Shown here piece after piece: positions 1 to 13,245 of a stretch of DNA of 64,000 bases (positions are counted from its first letter, which is position 1; each line of letters opens with the position of its first letter). This DNA comes from Curvularia clavata (taxonomy: Eukaryota), in assembly GCA_023920165.1 (NCBI GenBank), contig CP089278.1, forward strand, positions 3,100,001-3,164,000, read 5' to 3'. Both the position numbers and the translations under genes were made by a program. The notes beneath the pieces were generated by a model. It searched no databases. It saw only the letters and a list, made by a program, of their open reading frames with translations, and was not told the DNA's origin.

Positions 1-869
1 TTATTTGATGGCGCATTTTCGGCCTGGGCACACATGAAACCCTGCTTCACTGGTTTCGAGACGGGGTGGAGTGGAGGCGTGCGCGCGCGTCCTCGTCGTG
101 CTGGTGCATGACGTAGGTAACCGAGGAAGTGCGGCCCTCAGGTTTAGCTAGGCACGGGTTGCCGACAACACCATTGAAAGTAGCCCAACTTTCTCCAAAC
201 GCTAGTGTGTACATGTTTACCCTAAAACTACATGTACACACATAGCTTACGTGCTTCCAATATATATGTGTATGTATATGTATATTTAGCTCATTCACAG
301 AGAAGATTTGTCTCTTACCAAAAATGGAGTATTGCCTTCCGAGATCGGAAAGAATTTCTGAGACAAGAGCTACCCAAGCATATACTTATAGGACAGGGTT
401 ACGACGCATATGTACCCGACCGGAGAGCCCGACTTTCAATCCTGAATCGTGAATAGAGATCTTAGGATAGCAGCCGCCGCATCCGGCTCGCAACCCATCC
501 ACTCTGTTGACAAAAACACCGGGACTGCGTGCCACCAAAATCAAAGAGGAATATTGATCGTATCTGTGTCGGAGTATCTATAAGTATATTTCACTAATAT
601 GACAAGTGTTTTTGGGGACTCTTGCGGTGTTGTGGTGGGCTACGCCATTTCAGAGTCCCGATATTTTTGTCCACATGGTGCCATCCCCACAATTCAGGTA
701 CCGCGCGAGTCAGGTATCGACTGGATCAAGACCCAGGATCGACATATATTAAGGGATGCTGGTAGGGATCTTGATATCACCAAGCCGTCTGGGTAGCTTC
801 ATTATGCTGATTTTCCTCATTGTAGAAGCCAAGGTTCATCCGCATAGCACGCAATATCTGTGTACATTG

Positions 870-1535
870 TCAGCTGGGGTTTCTCCTGAAGCCTGGATTA
901 CGAACGCCTTTACAAGCTCTCCTTTGCTTTGCGTCTGGTATCTCCTTGATCTCCTTGGCCTTCATATCCAGCCATTCCTCTGGCGTGCGATCAAAGTAAT
1001 GATTCAGTTGCTCCGAGTAGATGTCCCCGGTATCATCTTCGATTGGATTAAAGAAGTCGTAGCCGAATACCTTAACGTTCATGGAATTTTCCCGGAATTT
1101 GTAGAAGAAGGGTCTAGTGACTTCGAGAACCTCAAACAACCTCACTCGATATTGCATCCACGTAGAGAGATAGATGATGATTTTAATGCTTCGATCGTCT
1201 TTGAGCGTCAGAAGAGCATCCAAGCTATCTCTCCAGGCTGCTTCTGCGAAGCTTTCGATGAAACCAAAGCTATCGCAGCCTACAGTGATGGTCAAGCAGT
1301 TGATGAACCTTTTGAAGGGAAAATGCAAAGATCCGAAGCGGTCGCGATTTAGGTGGGCTCGGACACAACGGTGGTCAATTTCAGCAGCAGTCAAAGCCCT
1401 GACATATCTCAGTGCAAACTCTGCTGCAAATTCGGTACCAACAAGGCTTGGATTGGCGAATATTGGCACTGGAAGATCCGGCAAATGCACGGCAGGTTGG
1501 TTCTGATATCGAATACCGGCGGGAACGGATGACAT
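870..1535 (-). CDS. hypothetical protein (221 aa)
   Basis: Uninterrupted ATG-started ORF with globular-looking composition; no recognisable motif. Confidence 0.55.
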   Translation of the reverse strand: MSSVPAGIRYQNQPAVHLPDLPVPIFANPSLVGTEFAAEFALRYVRALTAAEIDHRCVRAHLNRDRFGSLHFPFKRFINCLTITVGCDSFGFIESFAEAAWRDSLDALLTLKDDRSIKIIIYLSTWMQYRVRLFEVLEVTRPFFYKFRENSMNVKVFGYDFFNPIEDDTGDIYSEQLNHYFDRTPEEWLDMKAKEIKEIPDAKQRRACKGVRNPGFRRNPS

Positions 1536-2743
1536 GACCTTATCGACGCATTTGATATCATGACTACTCCAGAGCAGATCGTAGCTACAAGTATTGCATT
1601 AGCAATGTTTACTGTATGCATGAATGTAGGTATTGCTAATTTTCAGATGAAAGGCCCTGCCGCTATACGCTCAGGGCGACGGAAGGCAATGACGCACATG
1701 TAATCGCGAAGCTCGCGTGGGAGTGTCGAGAGAATAGGTTGCACTAAAGCTGGGCACAATTGTATTTCTGAGCATTTTGTGGCAATGTCATCTAGTTGTC
1801 TGCGGAGAATCAGCCATTTCTTAAATCAAATGCTATGGAATTGAGCATACTTGTCAATTGCTCTCAGCTCCATTTCGAGCCGTGTATGCGTGAATCCTCC
1901 ACTCATCATTAGCTGGCCTTCCTGAGCCATGGACACTAATCCGTCGGCCTCGTTTGGAATCAATGTGGAAGCTCTGTCAATAGATTCATTATCGATATTT
2001 TTCCGAAATTCACTAAGAACAATCTTGGTGTTCGTTGTGATTCTGTAAGACTTAGTGAATGCACTAGTATGGAGACATACTGTTCACATACTCTTGTGTT
2101 TTTCTGCGGTAGCTGGTCATCAAACTAACAATGTGTATTAGAAGTTTGTGATTTAGAATACCAGGACTTCTCACCTTCTTCCCTCATCATACAGGCGAAG
2201 GAGACTCATGGATTGATCATGATCGAGGGCCCAGAACCGGCGGTCTAATTCAAAGGTGATTTTGCTACAACAAAGTAAGGCCCCATTGTTGCAACACGAA
2301 AACGAATGAAAGCTCGTGGAAAGAACACTATACCTGCACGATCGTACGGCCATGATTTCTGGCAAGTCTTAATGAGAAGAGTTTAAGAAAAACAAAAGGA
2401 AGGGGGAGTGAGTGCTTATTGACCGATGGCTAGTGGGATGGTGTATTAGGCGCCAGCCAGCTGTAATTGGTTGACGCGAAGAATGGCGCCAACGCGCTTT
2501 CACGTGACGATAGGGCACTTGTCAAAAGAGTTATAAAAAGAAATCATGTACATGCATACCTCATCTTACTTCAAGTTGCACAGCCTATCAAAAGCGTTTA
2601 TCGGGGTTGCTACAAAAGAATACTAGCGTCATTGGCGGAAAGCACGCCAGAAGACGTCATCGAACGACACATTCAGACCTTCTCATACCTTCTTATACCA
2701 TTATAAGCCTTCTCAATAAACTGTTATTTCCAGAAATACCAGC

Positions 2744-3641
2744 ATGTCTACCATACTCATCGTGGGAGCCACTCGCGGGCTCGGCTCGAGCCTTGTGCAG
2801 GCATACGCGGCGGATGTGAACAATCATGTCCTAGCAACTGCAAGAACATCAACTCCTCCAGGCAATAGTGAGCAGAACTCGAGATTTCACATGGTCAAAG
2901 ATGGTTATGATACTAATTAATGCACTTTAGCAAAGAACATAACCTATGTACCTGACATTGACCTCGAATCGCCACAAGCTGGCAGCAACCTCATAAACTT
3001 CCTCGAAAAACAAAGCATACAACAACTAGACATTGTCATCATCACCGCGGGCTACTTTGCAACCGAATCGCTCAAGGAGCCTTCTTTCTCAGCCCAAGAG
3101 CGCATGTACCGTACGTGTGCGATTGGCCCCACTATCCTCGTCACAGCACTTGCCAACTACAGCAACGCACTTCTCGATGACAAATCCAAGGTCGTACTTG
3201 TCTCATCAGAAAGCGGCAGCATAACTCTCAGACATGAGTCGGAGGGTGGAGGTAACTATGGCCATCATGCGAGCAAGGCTGCCCTTAACATGTGCGCGAA
3301 GCTGTTGAGTTTGGACTTGAAAGACAGAGGCATCGCGGTATTCACTGTGCACCCTGGCTTTATGAGAACAGAGATGACGCGGAACGTGGGATTTGATAAA
3401 TTCTGGGACGTAGGAGGAGCTGTAACACCTGATGTTGCTGCGAAGTCACTGATGGAATGGATTGAGGCGGCGGATATGAGCAAGACAGGTCAGTATTGGG
3501 CTCCTCGAGGAGCTAGGTAAGTGGTTTGCCGTCAAAAGCTTGTTTAATCAAACTGACCATTGTGTTAGTGACATTGGTACTGCTGAGCCTGTACTGGGGT
3601 CGAAAGACAAGCTCCCTACTCCTCTTCAGCTGCCGTGGTGA
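2744..3641 (+). CDS. short-chain dehydrogenase/reductase (CsgA/C-factor-like), 3 exons
   Basis: MSTILIVGATRGLG Rossmann motif from ATG 2744. Introns 2868-2930 and 3517-3568 (GT..AG). YGHHASKAALN and VHPGFMRTEM motifs; ends LQLPW-TGA at 3641. Confidence 0.9.
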
Positions 3642-3778
3642 GCACACTGTAAAATTCATGACGCAAGCAAAACCAAAGCGTTTATCCATGTATAGGCAAT
3701 ACGCTACACATTCTTCTTAGCTACCTAATCGAAAATTGCTTTGACCTTACAAAACCGCTGAATCCTCGCTCAACTACC

Positions 3779-4923
3779 TCATTTGCTCTCTAGCAGTGAG
3801 TCAGGTACTATGGTCACAACTTCTGCAGAGTTTGTGCTTTGTTCCTTTGGTGCCTGGGGGGACCACCTTTGTGCATCACCCAGCCGATCTGCTGTGAGAC
3901 CGGCCGAGCCTGGGTTGCGCATACCAGCTTCGAGTTGTCTTTGATAGCTCACTTGTCTCAGTCTTTCGGCTTCCTTCGGTGTAAGGCGAAGGTAAATCTC
4001 AACTCCAACAGCGTGCAACGCAAGAGAGAGCCAGATTGCCATGCCAAATACCACGTTCAACGTTGCGCCGATACTTGCTGTGTCTCCTGCTCCAAATGTC
4101 GCCGCCACAGACGACACTGCATTGGGATTCGTACCATCAACGTAATTGGCGCATGATGGATACGAAGTCAAAAGATCAACATCCTCGGAGATGGTCGCGG
4201 CAATCTTTGCGCAAGTCCAAACAACATAATACCCTTGACTCGCTATGATCTTGGCAGAGATGATGGTGATAATGCGGGAAGTAATGATGGCTCCGGCGTA
4301 GAACCACCCCCTGAGCATCCACGCGCGATGTTGTTCGATTTGCAAACGCTTAATGTTGATGTAGCTAAGGATGAAACATCCCAGCGTACCAAAACCTAGA
4401 ACACCGACAGCGCTTTGTACGTCTAGTCCGCCACCAAACGCGTGTCGTGCAATCATGAACGCTCCTACAAGGCCGATGAGGTAAAGACCGAGCGCAGCAT
4501 ATCCGCCCACGCGATGGATGATAATCCAACGATGGCGAATGAACGGCGTGAACTGCGCTACTGCAATCAAACTAGCAGGCAGAACACCAGCAAGGTGAAG
4601 TAGTATTCCAATCTTGTACTGTGTGAAGTTGAGGTAGTAGTAGCATTCTCCTGGGGCTGCGCTGTTTCCGCTCTGACTTGGTCCATTGGCTGGGCAAAAG
4701 TTACGTGAAAAGTTGAGATATGGAAATCGTGCTAAAGCAACTATTCGCACAGTATTAGCGATTGGCAAAGGGAAGAGAAAAGAAGCACGATGCGAAGAAA
4801 CCTACATCCAACGAATGCACCACTGAATATTATGTATAACCAAAAGTTATACGCTTTGGTGAAGCCGACCGGGTTCATGACTTTTCGGGCAAAAGCACCA
4901 GTGTAGGGAGGTTGGGCGACCAT
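3779..4923 (-). CDS. DUF2306-like multi-pass membrane protein, 1 intron
   Basis: Exon 1 MVAQPPY...IIFSGAFVG joined to ORF 3779-4768. HRVGGY and EQHRAWMLRGW motifs and several TM helices fit this family. Confidence 0.75.
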
Positions 4924-5590
4924 TTTTTTCTCGGTGATTTTTTTGGGGGCGCAGAGGCTTAGAAAGATATGTTGTATTTAATCTTGAAGTAAACAATATA
5001 TCCTCCTCCTACGAACATTGAACTATTTTATATATACATCTCTCGCCATTTCATTCCATACCGTGTAGAGATGATTCTGCGCTCGTAGCCAAAACATCTA
5101 ACTCTGGCACTTGGCGTTGCTAGTACAGTCTTAGAGCGTGGGACGGTATACTGCAAAGAGTGATTCATGCGATAGCACCGAAACTCGATTCAAGAGTCTC
5201 TAGTACGATCGCAGCATACGAGTATTCTAAGCCTGCTCGGAGAATAGTGGGGCTGTACTTTGACGAACTACTATTGGCTGCGCAGAATCAACCAAATGAG
5301 GAATAGTGCGATTGCTTACAATTCGTCAAGGAGGATGACACAGCTGGTCGCCTTATTACTATCCCACCTCAGAGTGCTCTCAGCCATCCTTGAGTACGTG
5401 CTGAGTCGTCATAGATGTGCGCATACCAATGGGCGAGCAATTTTGCTCTCCCCCTAGACTAGTGCATTCTCACCGGTAATAGGTTAAAGAAGCAAGCCAT
5501 TCATGTCTACAAAAGGTACATTCTGCGCTGGATTTCCGCACTAGTCGTACTGAGTTTTCCGTGTACACGCCTTTCCTTCAGTCGAAGACT

Positions 5591-7167
5591 ATGGTTGGGA
5601 TTCCAGGTCGATCTAAAGGGTGTGTGACATGCAGAAAAAGGAAGAAAGGCGTAAGTCGAAGCCGCCCTAGTAGATGGTCTAACGCAGTGCAAAGCTGATG
5701 TACCCGCTGTAGTGTGATCAGGTCCAGCCCGAGTGCGGCCAATGTAAAGAACGCGGGATAAAATGTGGAGGCTACGACTCAGATCGCATCTTCATCTACC
5801 AGAATGGCGGGTCAAACCGGCCCGTACCGAAAGAAGCCCAATATGCGACCACTAAGACATCTCCAAACCAGCCATCTCGTCAGAACTGGCAGATGGCGTA
5901 CAAGCCCGCGTTTGCTCTACAACGACGCGATCCGCTTCTCACCCCTGTCAACATTGAACTTCCGAATGGACTTGCAAAATCTGCGTACACCGAGAAGACT
6001 ATTGCAGCTTTCCTGGAAATGTACAGTCCTGCAGGAACGGCCCATGCCCAAAACGTCTACGCAAAGGAACTAGCTACCTTATTGCCTTTGTTGAATTTGC
6101 GTGATGAAGCACTACAGGCAGCCACTCTAGCTGTTGGTATAACGCAACTGGGGATAACTACGGAAAACAAAGCCCTTACTAGACAGGGAAGAGTTTTGTA
6201 CGGCAAGGCGCTGAAAGAAACAGCATTGGCGCTGCGAAATCCTTCAAGAGCAAACAGTGAACCATTGCTTGCTGTACCACGTGTCATGGCACTTTTCGAT
6301 ATGCTGTTTGGCGCAGAGCCTAACTCTTACAACCAAGCAAAGAGTTGGCTGAGTCATGCGGAAGGCGAGTTAGCCATGATACTCAGCCGTGGGCCAGAAG
6401 CTTTTGCGTCAGATGAAACAACACACGCATTGTTCACTAACGCCCGATCCCGATTGCTGTGGCCTGCTATACGTGATCGGAAACCGACTATACTAAACAC
6501 AGAAGAATGGATGACACTGCCCTGGAAAGGGAGAACCAAAACATCAGAAGATCTCCTCATGGATATATTCTGCGGCATACCTGAGCTACTGGAAGCTACT
6601 GATAGACTCCAGTATGATCCTATGGACGATCTAGAGAGGGAAACACTTCGCGCGTACGCCTTGTCAAAGTGCTGGACATTGCATTCTCTTCTTGCCGACT
6701 GGACACAAGCGAATACCATGTGTACACCTGAAATAACCGACCCGTCCACAAAAGTCACTTTTCCGGACATTGACAATGCTTGCATCACTGTCCGATACTG
6801 GCTCGTTGCTCTCTTCCTCTATTCCTCTTTTGACATCGCTTCCGGCGTCGATATTTCCACTGACTACTCTCTCACACGTCCCGACCGCCCTCACCCTCGT
6901 CCATTTGCACGGATGATTGTGTGTTCAACGGACTACCTTTTACAGGAGCAATTTGGAATTACAGGTCTTCTGACTATTTGGTTTCCATTGGGCAACACAC
7001 TATTTTACATGAACCGCAATCGAGATGCAGACGAAGAGTACATCTTGGAGGTCATGAAGCTCTGGTGTCGGCCCAAGCTACCTAGCGTGATGAGGGAATT
7101 TCTGAAGAGTTTTCGGCTGACGGTTGACATGTATACATTGTCGGCCACTCCTCTCCGTGAGCTTTGA
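5591..7167 (+). CDS. Zn(II)2Cys6 transcription factor
   Basis: MVGIPGRSKGCVTCRKRKKG, then intron 5651-5712, then CDQVQPECGQCKERGIKCGGY; in frame with ORF 5893-7167 (fungal TF middle domain). Confidence 0.9.
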
Positions 7168-7351
7168 GAACATAGGCAAATTTGAAGAGAAAGGAAGAAG
7201 TGATCATATGATGCAAGATTTGATTAAGATATACTTCGATCAAGCTATAAAGACATTACACTAGTGGCGCTTCCAGAACGCTGACTCAATATTCCAAGAA
7301 GACACCCAACGCCGTCGCTATGCATAGAATAAATCGCCCTCACTCCACCGC

Positions 7352-8386
7352 TCAATACATTTCAATAATTCCTGGCCCAAAAATGGTCTGCTTCGCAACA
7401 TCATCCGCACCAGCGAAATGATCCGCTCCCATCGTAACCGCAGCAATCGTCAAGCCCTGCATGACAAACTCCTCAAATGGAAACTCTGCCTGAAACGCCA
7501 CCCGCTCGTTTAACATCTCTACATTTTGCGGTTTCTTGACCAGCGGCACATTCTGACCGTTTAGAAAGACCAGCCTCAGCTGATCAAGCTCAAACATACC
7601 CGCATCCTTCATGGAGAAAGAAAACGTCAAGTTCTGCGTCTTGGGATGAATATCCTTGGTCTCGACCGTCAGAGGCTTAAACGTCTTGAGCGGAATTGAC
7701 CCGATACTCGGACAACTGCCCTCAATGACGAAGCTTTGGATAGCCGTAAAAGCAAAGTCACGCGCTGCACCCGTCAGAAAGGGCTGCGCTGATGGTCGTT
7801 TGCCCTGCTCGACCCGGAAAAAGCCTTCTTGTTCGCCTTCGTTGCCAATGACAGATGCCACCGCGTGCACGAGATCAAAGTCGCCCGAGCGAGCGAAGAT
7901 CTCGGACACGTCTTGCAAGGTGCCCAGTACCATGTCGGTGAAGGTTGCTGCGAGACGAATTGCGTCGGTGAAGTTACTGACAGGAAAGCTGTATTTGCAT
8001 GGCTGGATAGCGCCTTGGTTGAAATGCGTCAGGGCGCCGTTCGCATTCACCGCATGCATCTCTTCTTGCGCAGCGATAACTTTAACGGCGTCAAGAACGT
8101 AGTCGTGCTCATCCGCAAGATCGTAACCGGGGATTTTGGCTGTCAGATTGGCGACGAGTTCTGTGAAGAAGGCGACCTCGAAGAGCTCATTGAATGCAAT
8201 AAGCTTGAGGTTTGTGGCTCCATCTGGGCTAATTGTGGGTGGTGGAGGACCGTTGGGGAGAATGCCTTGGCCTTCTCTTTCGAGATTGAGTAGTGCTTGG
8301 TCAGAGGATGAGTCGCGTTTACCGGTTGGTGCCGCGTATGCGAGGTTTGTGGCAATGAAGGCGAGATATGATATTTGGTAGCGCAT
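7352..8386 (-). CDS. secreted ferritin-like protein (late sexual development LsdA / Rds1-like)
   Basis: Signal peptide MRYQISYLAFIATNLAYAAP from ATG 8386. FNELFEVAFF, AQEEMH and IGNEGEQEGFFR ferritin-like helices. Confidence 0.75.
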   Translation of the reverse strand: MRYQISYLAFIATNLAYAAPTGKRDSSSDQALLNLEREGQGILPNGPPPPTISPDGATNLKLIAFNELFEVAFFTELVANLTAKIPGYDLADEHDYVLDAVKVIAAQEEMHAVNANGALTHFNQGAIQPCKYSFPVSNFTDAIRLAATFTDMVLGTLQDVSEIFARSGDFDLVHAVASVIGNEGEQEGFFRVEQGKRPSAQPFLTGAARDFAFTAIQSFVIEGSCPSIGSIPLKTFKPLTVETKDIHPKTQNLTFSFSMKDAGMFELDQLRLVFLNGQNVPLVKKPQNVEMLNERVAFQAEFPFEEFVMQGLTIAAVTMGADHFAGADDVAKQTIFGPGIIEMY

Positions 8387-9647
8387 CTTGTACAACAGCC
8401 AGGTAGTATTACAAAAAGACAAAAAGAAACTACAAAAAGAAACCTCGAGCTCACAACAGTAATTCAAAGGGAAACAAGGCCGTCAAAAGAGCAAGAGGCC
8501 GCAAGATACACACCGCCACAGATGCCGTTGAAACCGCCGAAAGTGTTCCAAAACCATTACCCGAGACAAAAATAATTCGCTGCCGTATTCTCACATCTAT
8601 TGAAACCTTTTCTGTTCCCCTTACTGCCTTACCTTGCCTAGCTCTAGCCCTAGTCCATCCAACCACGTCTCACTCACATCCAGTATGACATTTTCAAGCC
8701 ACACCCTCAATGCTCACATCGGGAAGGCTTTTAGCCATCACTGCATGCCAGCATCACAGTGTACCTATTTCCGGGAACAAATCCTTTGGCGCCATTCCCA
8801 TCCTATCCGCTATAAACCTGTAGCCGCCACACCGTCCACTCGGAGACAAGTCCGCCGACTGTGCAAAGCCAGCGAAACATTCACACTGGATCCCAACCGC
8901 CTTCGCACAAACACCATGTACCGTCCGCGCCTACCTCGCAAGCGCTGCGCCAACTCTGTCTCTACCGGAAAAGCTTAATCCACGACCCGAAAAGCTTAGC
9001 TGAGACTTCATGTGTGGCACCTGTGACGGGAAGAGCGTGGTGCCGGCCGGATGAGTAGTGTGGCTTTGTGGCTGGGTAGAATATCGTTTGAGGGGGCTTG
9101 TTTTCTGAATCAAGTATGGCCCGGCACAGTGGATGCTTGTTGTATGCACACAACTTGTTGCGCAATTGGTTTGTTGGCCTGTGAGATGGTAGCGAATGTG
9201 AATGCATCCGCGAGCAATCGTACATCTTGTTCGCTTTCTCTATGGATCTAAACATGCTATATCGGCAGTGATGATTCCGCGTGTAAAAAGATAAACTTTA
9301 AAAACAGGGTTTTGTGCTATACGATTGGTGTTAAGACGATCGATATCAGCCCCGGTTGTTTCCGAACTGTTTCCAGTTGGAAACGCGCCACAGTTTACGT
9401 TAGTGGGGGAGCCCCGGCTTGTCATGAAGCCGAGAGAGGACCATCTAGCTTTCTCGTTTTGCGGTCTAACTTGTCGAAGCACTAGCATGATCTTCTTTTT
9501 TATTCGACATGCAAAATTGAGTATATGGCCATGAGATGAGATGAGAGAATATATTTTGGATGTCCGGACAATGCTGCTTCGACCACTGTCGCAAACGCCC
9601 ACAAATGACTTCAGAGGATAAATATCTCTTGTTTTGTGCGGATTGAA

Positions 9648-9699
9648 CTAATTATTCCTCTGGCTCTTTTGCTTCTTCGCCTTCTGTTGTTGTTGTCCT

Positions 9700-9743
<44 letters not shown>

Positions 9744-12700
9744 CTGTTTCTTTTTCTTGTTTCCTTTCCCACCCTCTCCATCGCTCTCACTAGCTCTCTT
9801 GCCACTACTCTTCGTATCGCTCATTCCGTCCGCTCCATCATCAGCCTCCTCCTCTTTAAGCAGCAGCATGTTCAGTGCTTCGTTGAAGTGCGACAACTCG
9901 CATATTTCGCCAATCTTGACGCGCATGTAGTCGAACGCGATAGCCACCTTCAAATCTTTATTTCGAATCTTGATCACACGCTCATTTTCGCCTAGAGATG
10001 AGGGCTGGTGCTGCAAGGTTGGAACTGGCTTTGCTGCGTCGCGGGCTGGAGCGAACGAAGGATGGATATCCACGTTGTCCGCGTTTTCGATGGTAGGGTC
10101 TACTTCTTCCTCATCGGCAACATCTTCAGCAACCTTGGCGGGATCAAGTAGTGGGTCTTCTTGCTCGCCGTCTGTGACTGTCTGAAGGACGGGAATCTTT
10201 TGGTATCGTTGGCTGAAATGCGTGAGTACGACAGCTTTGGCGTTCATCTGAGCACCGACGCCGAGAGCTTCAGAGGTAGTTGAATGCTTTTTCGCTTTGG
10301 CGTCGCCCTGTAGCGCGTCATCAAATGTAGCCTCGTGAATGAGCACAGTGGTATCTGTGCCAATCTTCGAGAAATGAAAGCTTGGCCTGCAGTCACCCGA
10401 ATAGCTGACTTTGAGCGGCTTGACGCCTTCCGGATCTGAAGGTGATCGAGGGAAAGTGATTGAAACGGCCATGGCTCCGTGGCAATGCGCTACCCTTGCA
10501 GTCTGAATATCTTCGAAACCAAAGAGCATCTCGTATGCCTTTCTGTTAATATCTGGATTTTCGGTGCTGTCCTTGCCGAAAGTGTTGTTGATCGAGAGTC
10601 GCGAAGAACTGCGATGTTCATTGGGAGTGATTTGTAGTGGTAGGATGCGACTATATCCGAAATCCTCAATTGCAGAGTACTCATTAAGCCACTGAAGCAT
10701 GCCGTTATGCGAGATGACAGAAAGACCGTAAGCACTGGTATCAATGCCCGCCACAGTGCTGCCCAGGGGTTGCGGGTTTGGCACACTGTTGTGCACTACT
10801 TGGTACCAGGCCCGAATCACGGCAGCTGTACCCAAGTGATGATCAGCATGCAAGTGGCTAATCCAGATTACCCTCAGGTTTTGGAGGACATCAATTAATT
10901 CTTCGTGGGTAAACACTCTTGCAAGTTGTCCTAAAGTGTTCTCGCCAGCGTCGAAGAGATAGTTGCCAATGCCTGGAACGCGAACGAGAGTCGCAGAAAC
11001 GTTGCGGTACTTTGATGGCAGAGCAGAACCCGTACCAAGTGTGATAACTTCAGTATCTGGACGTGCCAATAGCTTCCTCCACTCGTTCATCTCGCCGCGA
11101 TTAAGATCCAGTGCATACTGAGCCTTCTGTGCGAGCTGGAGTACCTCAGGCGCTGTATCTCGTCGTGCCACTTCTTCGTCGAATTTTTGTGAGATCAACT
11201 CCTTCTTCATCATGAACTTCGGCATGAGTGTAAAGGTCAGCCCTCGATCGGCAGCAATGGTGCCATCTGGCAGCACAGATGACGCCGATTGGTCAGCTCT
11301 GTATATGCTCTTCTGAGGCACACTAGTACCATCGGACACAGGTGTAGAGTATCTGGCAGGATCTACTAGTCCCAGACGCGTCGCTTGGGTAGCAACTGAG
11401 TCGTTGGTGATACGGTTCGGCGCAGTATCTATGGAGGATATGACATGTTCCACGTTGCTCAATCTCTTCATGAATTCTGTCAAAGTGGGGTGGCCTGCTA
11501 CCCCAGGGCCAAGCATCCAAACTATGGCACCAATACCGTCCATGACTTCTGGAGAATTGAGCTCCTCTCGCTGGACGAGGTTTTCAACATAATTAACGGA
11601 AGGCACATCCAGGATGGCAATTCCTTGACCAGGACGGTCAGGGCCCATAACCTGATCCGGTGTGATCCACTCCCCGTCACTATTCTGGACCGATTTGCCT
11701 CTTGTAAGCTGACCAAATTGCGGTCCTGGCTTGATCCCAAGTGCTTTTGCGCGCTCAACGTCAAATTGTCCACGGGTTGGGTGCGTTCGCATAATATACG
11801 AAACGCATTCTTGAGCAGGCTTAGTTGGTGGGAGAGCCAGAATCATCGCACCAGGCCAGGGTGTGCGGGTCCAGACGGTCATGTCAGGAAGAGGATCTGG
11901 GCCACCTGGTTTTGGGCCATTGTAGGGCTCGTAGCCATGTGTTTCTGGGTTTCGAACAAACATGGCGGCAGGCATTTCCACCTCCGAGATGTGTCGCTCT
12001 ACAAGCGTGTCGAAGCTCCAGTTGGAATCGAACATGGACTTGATAGTAGCGGTCCGTATCTGGTCGTACCTGAGCTCACGTGCTTCTGGGCTTTCGTTCT
12101 CTGGAGCCTGGAAGTCCTGGAAGGTGTTCAGATGCGTGTCAAAATGTCGTCGCCGTTGCTCCAATTCGGCATCAGCTAGAGCATCTAATTTGGATCCGGT
12201 AGGAGAGACGGACATGGCCCAGATGTTGATATTATGGTCTGTCCAGGTAGGAGGTATGGCGCCGTTTTCGTCTTTGACGGGCTGCTGGTTTTTGTATTCA
12301 GTAGCAACAATCGGTATACCTTTTCGAAAGATGAACCTCCGGCAGGTTCCTAGAGTATGCTTCAAGTTGGGAGGGCCGTATACATCAAAGTGTGGCTTGG
12401 GCGGTGCTTCAACCTTCTTTCCTCGCTTTTGGGCCAGTTGGAAGGTCTCCATGGATGTAGTGTAAGAGCTTGTGCTTGCGTCGGCCAAGGTAAGCATCAT
12501 GCCTATGAGGCCGCCCATATTTCTCCACTCGGTTCTTCCGGTCAAGAAGAAATCCTGTGCCTTCAACAGACGCGTCCCCTGCTGCACCATTGCACGCTGC
12601 GTACCTTCAGCCATGCTGCCAAAGACATAGTGCCTGTTAGGTGTGCGCACCACAAGCGCAGTGCCTGGGCTGTCCGCCGTAGGCGTGGTGATGATTTCAA

Positions 12701-13028
12701 CGCTACAAGACATGTGTGTTGATTCCCTGTTCAGCCTGCTTCTACCTGAATGCGCTGTGACTTTTGCATACAATAGTTCGGATGACTTGGAGCGTGGTAG
12801 GAGGAGAGGCTGGCATCGAGTTTGCCCCCGGCGTAGGCTGTATGATGTCAAGAAACGGGCATGGATTGTAGCAGTCGCAACACGACCAATAGCGCCTATT
12901 CTAGAAGCCAATTTGGCGGTGTTCGAAGTCAGCACGATGAGGCGGCATGTAAAAGCATCAGCATGGCGAACTTTCAGTCGCGTGTCCAAAAGTAGAGTAA
13001 TGGCAGAACTCTTGGCAAAAGCGCGCAT
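9648..13028 (-). CDS. TRZ1: tRNase Z, long form (ELAC2/Trz1 metallo-beta-lactamase)
   Basis: TLGTGSALPSKYRNVS, HLHADHHLG, YSGDCRP, LIHEATF, KHSTT and LTHFSQRY motifs, plus the GP-rich exosite. Conserved domain starts at ATG 12713; upstream in-frame ATG at 13028. Confidence 0.95.
9705..9740 (-). repeat. (CAG)12 coding microsatellite, polyQ tract in the tRNase Z C-terminus
   Basis: 12 perfect CTG on the + strand plus 2 TTG, encoding Q14 next to KKKKQK. Confidence 0.95.
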
Positions 13029-13245
13029 CACTTTTTTTTTCGCGATGCGTCAATGGTTCGTGGTAGGGTTGGGTCCGTGCGGGCAAGGCTGAGTGGCCTC
13101 GTTCCTCAACCTGAATTTTGACCAGTCCAGTCACCTCGCTTCTCTATTCAGAAAGCGTCATGCTTTGGGTATCGTTTTGCATTATGAAATAACTAATCAT
13201 CCACACCGTTCAGCCATGGCTCTGCGCCAACTTCGTCACTAGACA

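Noticed and set aside
232..796. Short + strand ORFs as a possible gene remnant
   Set aside because: No recognisable motif and no consistent splice model
756..1352. 198-aa ORF on the + strand
   Set aside because: Overlaps the longer ATG-started minus-strand ORF; no motif; probably a shadow
9636..9995. Poly-Leu 'membrane protein' ORF on the + strand
   Set aside because: Antisense reading of the tRNase Z CAG repeat
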